From NCBI GenBank assembly GCA_964400675.1, contig CAYNVO010000001.1:267919-331918 (forward strand): a stretch of 64,000 nucleotides of DNA. The letters run 5' to 3'. Source of the stretch: an uncultured Dehalococcoidales bacterium (lineage in GTDB: Bacteria > Chloroflexota > Dehalococcoidia > GIF9 > UBA5629). Positions 59,871-64,000 of the stretch are shown here, in pieces (positions within the stretch are counted from its first letter, which is position 1; the number at the start of each line of letters is the position of its first letter). Below the pieces are notes generated by a model that did no database searches, was not told the origin of the DNA, and was given only the letters and a program-made list of their open reading frames with translations. Made by a program: the position numbers and the translations under genes.

Positions 59871-60588
59871 CGATTTCCTCCAATAAGCGTGCTCCTATTT
59901 TCCCCAGCATTTCGTACTCTATGTCCGCTGCTGACTTCAAAAATCCAGCTGTTTCATTCCTTGATATAGTATTTGGCTCTTCCCTTCTCCAATATACGTC
60001 TACATCAAAAAGTAATCCGTCGGACGGATAATCTACCGGATCCTTGGGTTCCCTTAATAGTCTTATATTGTTCATACGTAAGACCCCAATGTACTTTTTG
60101 ATCGGGAAACGAACTGCATATTCTATCCCTACATCCTCTTTCTTCTCTACTTCTGCGATTATATCTTGAAGTAATACCCCAGAAATTATCTTTGCTAGTG
60201 ACGTTGATGATTTAACAATGTTTTCTGTTTCCACAAAGAATTGAGACCGCAGTCCTAGGGTCCTGAAATTCTTCACCTCAATATCTTTTGCGATTCCAGT
60301 AATCCATTCAGGTGCAGTATCGACAACGTGGGTCAATGAATCTATAAGAGCATAACGCAACCATATCGTGTCAGCTGAGAATCTGATTTCGTAGGGATCT
60401 GCATCTTCCCTCCTTTGACTTAATAGACAACCCCCTGGGTCTATGTTGTGTTGTTTGTAGAATTGCCCAATTCTATTTAGTGTCAATCCTGCTGAATCCA
60501 AGTAACGGTAACCTTTTACTGTCTTTGCTTGTGTAAAAGCCTGGTGCAAAGTCCATTTTTTCTTTCCATTTCTCGCTGTCTTTTCCAT
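59863..60588 (-). CDS. Hypothetical protein A of a three-gene operon
   Basis: 241 aa, first gene of an AT-rich operon; no recognisable motif. Confidence 0.4.
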   Translation of the reverse strand: MEKTARNGKKKWTLHQAFTQAKTVKGYRYLDSAGLTLNRIGQFYKQHNIDPGGCLLSQRREDADPYEIRFSADTIWLRYALIDSLTHVVDTAPEWITGIAKDIEVKNFRTLGLRSQFFVETENIVKSSTSLAKIISGVLLQDIIAEVEKKEDVGIEYAVRFPIKKYIGVLRMNNIRLLREPKDPVDYPSDGLLFDVDVYWRREEPNTISRNETAGFLKSAADIEYEMLGKIGARLLEEIDG

Positions 60589-60608
60589 GTCTCAAAAACC
60601 TCGCCTTA

Positions 60609-60640
60609 GTATTTTACGTTATGAAATTACTCTTGGACAA
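60609..60640 (-). promoter_or_regulatory. Candidate sigma70-like promoter for the three-gene operon (TTGTCC - 18 nt - TAAAAT)
   Basis: Minus strand reads ttgtccaagagtaatttcataacgtaaaatac about 20 nt upstream of ATG 60588, with an aaggcgagg RBS-like leader. Confidence 0.25.
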
Positions 60641-60811
60641 CGTAATATTGACATAAATATACACAAACAAACTAATTATAACACGATTGGTATTATTCTA
60701 ACATGACCTATATATAGGAAGGAAGTTTCTGGGCATTCTTATCTATTGAGCAAGCAGCTCAAGGCACGCCAAGCAGAAATGGTTAGTGAGTCTTGAGACT
60801 TGGGTCGTACC

Positions 60812-61669
60812 CTATGCCAGCTTTATATCCGAGCTGGTTTTGGCTTCCTTGATGAATTGGAGCAGTATGCTGCTGCGCAGGTCGTTTCGGCTCTCAAGCG
60901 GGGCGACGAACTTGCCTTTAATCCAGATGTGCTGCGGTTCGACGAAAACGAGCACGCGGGGACCGCTCATGGCTTCATCGAGGAACCGGGGGTAGCCGTC
61001 CTGGAAGACCTGTTCCGCCTGCTTTACATAAACTTCGTCCTGACTCTTGAGTATGCTCTCCAGAAGCTGGCTCGCCTTGTCCACGTTGCTGTCGGTGGTC
61101 AGGGGGATGCGTACCTCGTCGAACATGTAGTCAGATGAGATAGCTTCCAGACCTGTCGAGTAGTCCTTGGAGTAGTTCAGTACCGGCTGGTCGAGTATTA
61201 TGAGGTTGGGTACATATAGCAGCCTGCCGGTGAGCTCGCCGCCCAGCTTCTCGTCTTCCCCGACCTCTTCGAGCGTGGTGTGAAGCAGTCCTATGTGCCT
61301 GACGTCGCCTTTTGTGTTGCCGATGCGGATTCTATCTCCCAAATCATAGATTTTGGAGAAGGTGATGACAAAGAAAGCGAAAAAGCAGGCGATGTATTTC
61401 TGTAGAGCCAATGCCAGCGCTATGGCGATAATAGGCACATACATGGCTATTTTAGGTACATATATGGCTGCCAGTATGGTAATGGCGACGAATATGGCAA
61501 CGGCGGTGCAGGTGAGTATGGTTGTGATGAGGTTCGTGTTGCGCCGCTGCGCCTCGGCTTTAAGCGCGTTAACCTTGGCGGTGCGCCGGCTGATATCGGC
61601 AGGGGGACGCCCGATTTCTGTGGTTGGGTCACTGCGACTTTTTTGCGTCGAGCGTTTGCTTTTAGTCAT
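60812..61669 (-). CDS. Mechanosensitive ion channel (MscS family)
   Basis: Three TM helices followed by the MscS beta-domain block ...DLGDRIRIGNTKGDVRHIGLLHTTLEE.... Confidence 0.7.
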   Translation of the reverse strand: MTKSKRSTQKSRSDPTTEIGRPPADISRRTAKVNALKAEAQRRNTNLITTILTCTAVAIFVAITILAAIYVPKIAMYVPIIAIALALALQKYIACFFAFFVITFSKIYDLGDRIRIGNTKGDVRHIGLLHTTLEEVGEDEKLGGELTGRLLYVPNLIILDQPVLNYSKDYSTGLEAISSDYMFDEVRIPLTTDSNVDKASQLLESILKSQDEVYVKQAEQVFQDGYPRFLDEAMSGPRVLVFVEPQHIWIKGKFVAPLESRNDLRSSILLQFIKEAKTSSDIKLA

Positions 61670-61826
61670 TTTTGCTCAGTGCTCTGGCTAGATAATAGAG
61701 GTGGGAGGGGGTGACCCTCCCATTTTTAGTGTGTTTAATTATAGGTGTTTTGGGGTCATCTGGTCAAGGCAGTGTGCCATTTTGTCATCGCGAGGGGCGT
61801 AGCCTCGTGGCGATCTCATGTTATGT

Positions 61827-62270
61827 CCTGTCATTCTGAGCGTAGCGAAGAATCTCATGTCTTCTCTGCTACCGAGGTTGCCACGTGGAGTTTACCCTGA
61901 GCGAGATTCTTCGGTCACTCCGTTCCCTCAGAATGACAGGAAGGGCGCTCAGAATGACAGGGGCGAAAGGTTCAGTTCCTTCGACGGGCTCAGGATGAGC
62001 GGGGATGATAGGTAGATTCTTCGACAAGCTCAGAATGACAGGAAGGGTGCTCAGAATGACAGGAAGGGCGCTCAGAATGACAGGGGCGAAGGGTTCAGTT
62101 CCTTCGACGGGCTCAGGATGAGCGGGGATGATAGGTAGATTCTTCGACAAGCTCAGAATGACAGGAAGGGTGCTCAGAATGACATGAAGGGTGTTCAGAA
62201 TGACAGGGGCGAAGGACTCAGTTCCTTCGACAGGCTCAGGATGAGCGGGGGTAACAGGCAGGATGAGCGG
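61827..62270. repeat. Compound array of the palindromic repeat family: one full palindromic element then ~2.5 tandem copies of a ~121-bp unit
   Basis: The ~121-bp unit contains gctcagaatgacagg[a/g]agggc sub-repeats and gctcaggatgagcgg. Track ORFs 61818..62015 and 61869..62150 are repeat artefacts. Confidence 0.8.
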
Positions 62271-62280
62271 TAAGAAGGGT

Positions 62281-63390
62281 TCATAGAGCCAGTGCCAGGT
62301 TCAGGTATAGCTGGGCTGCCTGCACCACCTGCTGGAAGGGGACCGACTCTTCGGGCGTGTGGGCGGCTTCCAGACGGCCGGGACCAAGCACGATTGGGTC
62401 TACACCGGCAGCCCAGAGCACGCTGCCATCGGAGTGGCTCCTGAAGTCCTGCGGTTCCCAGGGTAAAGACATCTTGTTGTACGTTTCCTTCAGCTTACCT
62501 ATCAGTGGTCTCTCTTCGGAAATGCGGTATCCGGCATGTGTGTCCTCGAATTTTAGTCGGGCGTTTAAGCCGTTGATGCTGCCGCCGGCTGTCTTTACCA
62601 GCTGCTCCAGCTCTGTTTTAAGCACTTCGAGCCTGGAGTTAGGCGGCAGATGCAGGTCAAGCCATGCCTCGCAGGCGTCCGGCACGACAAAGCCGCCGGG
62701 GAAGCCCGAAAGCTCCCTGATGTTGTAGACCAGGCCGTGTGGTGCCGGGGTGGCGTACTCCGTGATTTGCAGCAGCAGCTTGAGCATGGTTTCAATGGCA
62801 TTTTGTCCCAGCTCCGGCATTGAGGAGTGGGCTTTTTTCCCCTCGGTGCGCAGCAGAATCTCCATGTAACCGTAGTGGCCAAGACAGGGTATCAGGCTGG
62901 TGGGCTCGCCAATCACCGCCCAGGGGAAGCTGTATTCCTGCATCAATGCCTTGGCACCGCTGCTGTCTTCCTCCTCGCCGACCACCAGAGCCAGTCCTGC
63001 CGGCGGGAAAGCCTTTTTGCTGCCGGTCAGGGCAATGAAGGCTTCCATCATGGCGGCGCAGCCGGCTTTCATATCTGTGGTTCCCAGACCGAATATAGTG
63101 CCGTCTTCCTCATGGAAACCGAAATCTTCGAGGTCGTGGGCGGTAATGGTATCGAGATGTCCCACGAAGCAAAGCTCTACCTCGTATTTGCCTTCGGGAA
63201 AGGCGATCAGGTTAAAGCGGCTCTCGTCGACCTCCTGCTTGCTTACCGCTATGCCGTGCTTCTCGAGGTATTCCCCGGCAAAGTCGACGATTTCCTCCTC
63301 TTTGCCCGACGGACTGTATATGTCCACCAGCTCTCGGAGAAGCCTTTTCAGCCTTTGTGGGTTTATATTCATTGGCTTATTATGCTTCAT
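62281..63390 (-). CDS. M20 family metallopeptidase (ArgE/DapE-like deacylase)
   Basis: IYSPSGKEEEI, GHLDTI, GTTDMKAG, GEEEDSSGA (M20 metal-binding motifs). Start ATG 63390 overlaps the upstream GNAT stop (ATGAAGCATAA); the track's longer ORF would overlap GNAT by 137 nt. Confidence 0.8.
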   Translation of the reverse strand: MKHNKPMNINPQRLKRLLRELVDIYSPSGKEEEIVDFAGEYLEKHGIAVSKQEVDESRFNLIAFPEGKYEVELCFVGHLDTITAHDLEDFGFHEEDGTIFGLGTTDMKAGCAAMMEAFIALTGSKKAFPPAGLALVVGEEEDSSGAKALMQEYSFPWAVIGEPTSLIPCLGHYGYMEILLRTEGKKAHSSMPELGQNAIETMLKLLLQITEYATPAPHGLVYNIRELSGFPGGFVVPDACEAWLDLHLPPNSRLEVLKTELEQLVKTAGGSINGLNARLKFEDTHAGYRISEERPLIGKLKETYNKMSLPWEPQDFRSHSDGSVLWAAGVDPIVLGPGRLEAAHTPEESVPFQQVVQAAQLYLNLALAL

Positions 63391-63925
63391 GCGCTTTTGA
63401 GGAGTTATCGGACCTGTTGTTTTCTTTGTTGGGTCGGCGAATGGTCTTTGCCAGCCACACGTGCTGGCTGCTACGGGAGAAGCCAAGTGTCTTGAAGAAG
63501 GCGATAGCCGGCTCATTCTCGGCGTCGGTATCGGCGATTATCATCCTGACGCCTTCTTTGCGCAGCCTCTGTTCTAACCTTTTGTAAAGTCTGATGCCCA
63601 GATTGGTTCTCTGAAAGTCTTCAGCCACACCTATCCAGCTCAGGTACCCGTATTTCTTCCAGGCGGTGCCTTCTTTCTCAATGGTAGTGCCTATTATAAA
63701 GCCGACGATTTTTCCATCCGGTTCGGTCTCGGCAACCAGGCAATATTCGGGGTCGGAGGTGAAATAATCGGTTACCTCATACTGGTCCCAGGTGCGGTAC
63801 AGGATGGGGAACTCCTCGCTGGTGAAGAGCTCCTCTCCCAGGTGATAAACGGCGCTGATATCATCTATCTCCATCTGGCGGATGTTCGTTTCGATTTTCT
63901 TTTTTCTAGGCTTCTCCGATGGCAT
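63380..63925 (-). CDS. GNAT family N-acetyltransferase (RimI-like)
   Basis: ...GFIIGTT...WIGVAEDFQRTNLGIRLYKRLE acetyl-CoA-binding region; strong RBS ggaggt 7 nt upstream. Confidence 0.8.
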   Translation of the reverse strand: MPSEKPRKKKIETNIRQMEIDDISAVYHLGEELFTSEEFPILYRTWDQYEVTDYFTSDPEYCLVAETEPDGKIVGFIIGTTIEKEGTAWKKYGYLSWIGVAEDFQRTNLGIRLYKRLEQRLRKEGVRMIIADTDAENEPAIAFFKTLGFSRSSQHVWLAKTIRRPNKENNRSDNSSKAHEA

Positions 63926-64000
63926 TTATACCTCCGTGTTTATTTAAAGATGGTTGAGTCTTTCGTGATAGTTTGGGATTGGCCCTTTATTATATTGCAG

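Noticed and set aside
61818-62150. ORFs 61818..62015 (+) and 61869..62150 (-)
   Set aside because: Encoded entirely by the tandem repeat array; internally repetitive peptides (PVILSALPVILS...).
61827-62270. Possible CRISPR array (short repeats containing gctcagaatgacagg)
   Set aside because: Repeats are ~21 bp, directly abutting or irregularly spaced, and mutually degenerate. There are no unique spacers of constant length, and it belongs to a dispersed palindromic repeat family; no cas genes are nearby.

Overview
This is a 64 kb bacterial chromosomal segment, about 50-55% GC. Gene content is consistent with a Chloroflexota/Dehalococcoidia-like anaerobe, but that taxon call is inference, not a match. 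The core housekeeping genes are leuS, proC, coaD, rsmD, an 11-subunit nuoABCDHIJK-x-LMN operon without nuoEFG, nadK, a reductive-TCA-branch cluster (icd, mdh, class I fumarase alpha and beta, sdhACDB) with leuCD, a biotin carboxyltransferase pair (PycB/OadA-like 5S plus 12S), and folP-folK with a QueD/PTPS paralog. Accessory content sits in AT-rich islets and around cell-surface genes. (1) At the left edge there is a tyrosine-integrase C-terminal remnant and a tRNA 3' fragment, with a 424-aa protein between them that carries a Vsr/DUF559-like nuclease domain; a 5' fragment of that gene recurs at ~7.5 kb. (2) Between leuS and a methyltransferase lies a small ORF plus an Mrr-like wHTH/PD-(D/E)xK endonuclease. 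(3) At 58.8-60.6 kb there is a tight three-gene operon of unknown proteins, one with a SLOG/LOG/NDT-like Rossmannoid signature; this is the best candidate for an undescribed system. A palindromic intergenic repeat family (core gtcattctgagcg...gaagaatct and its inverse) occurs at least seven times; this includes an inverted pair bracketing the fol genes, a 450 bp compound array, and copies that inflate two ORF 5' ends. There are also large surface proteins (a 1223-aa FG-GAP/TIG/CARDB protein, a tandem-repeat lipoprotein and a Cys-rich repeat protein), several SAM methyltransferases, and many spurious antisense ORFs.
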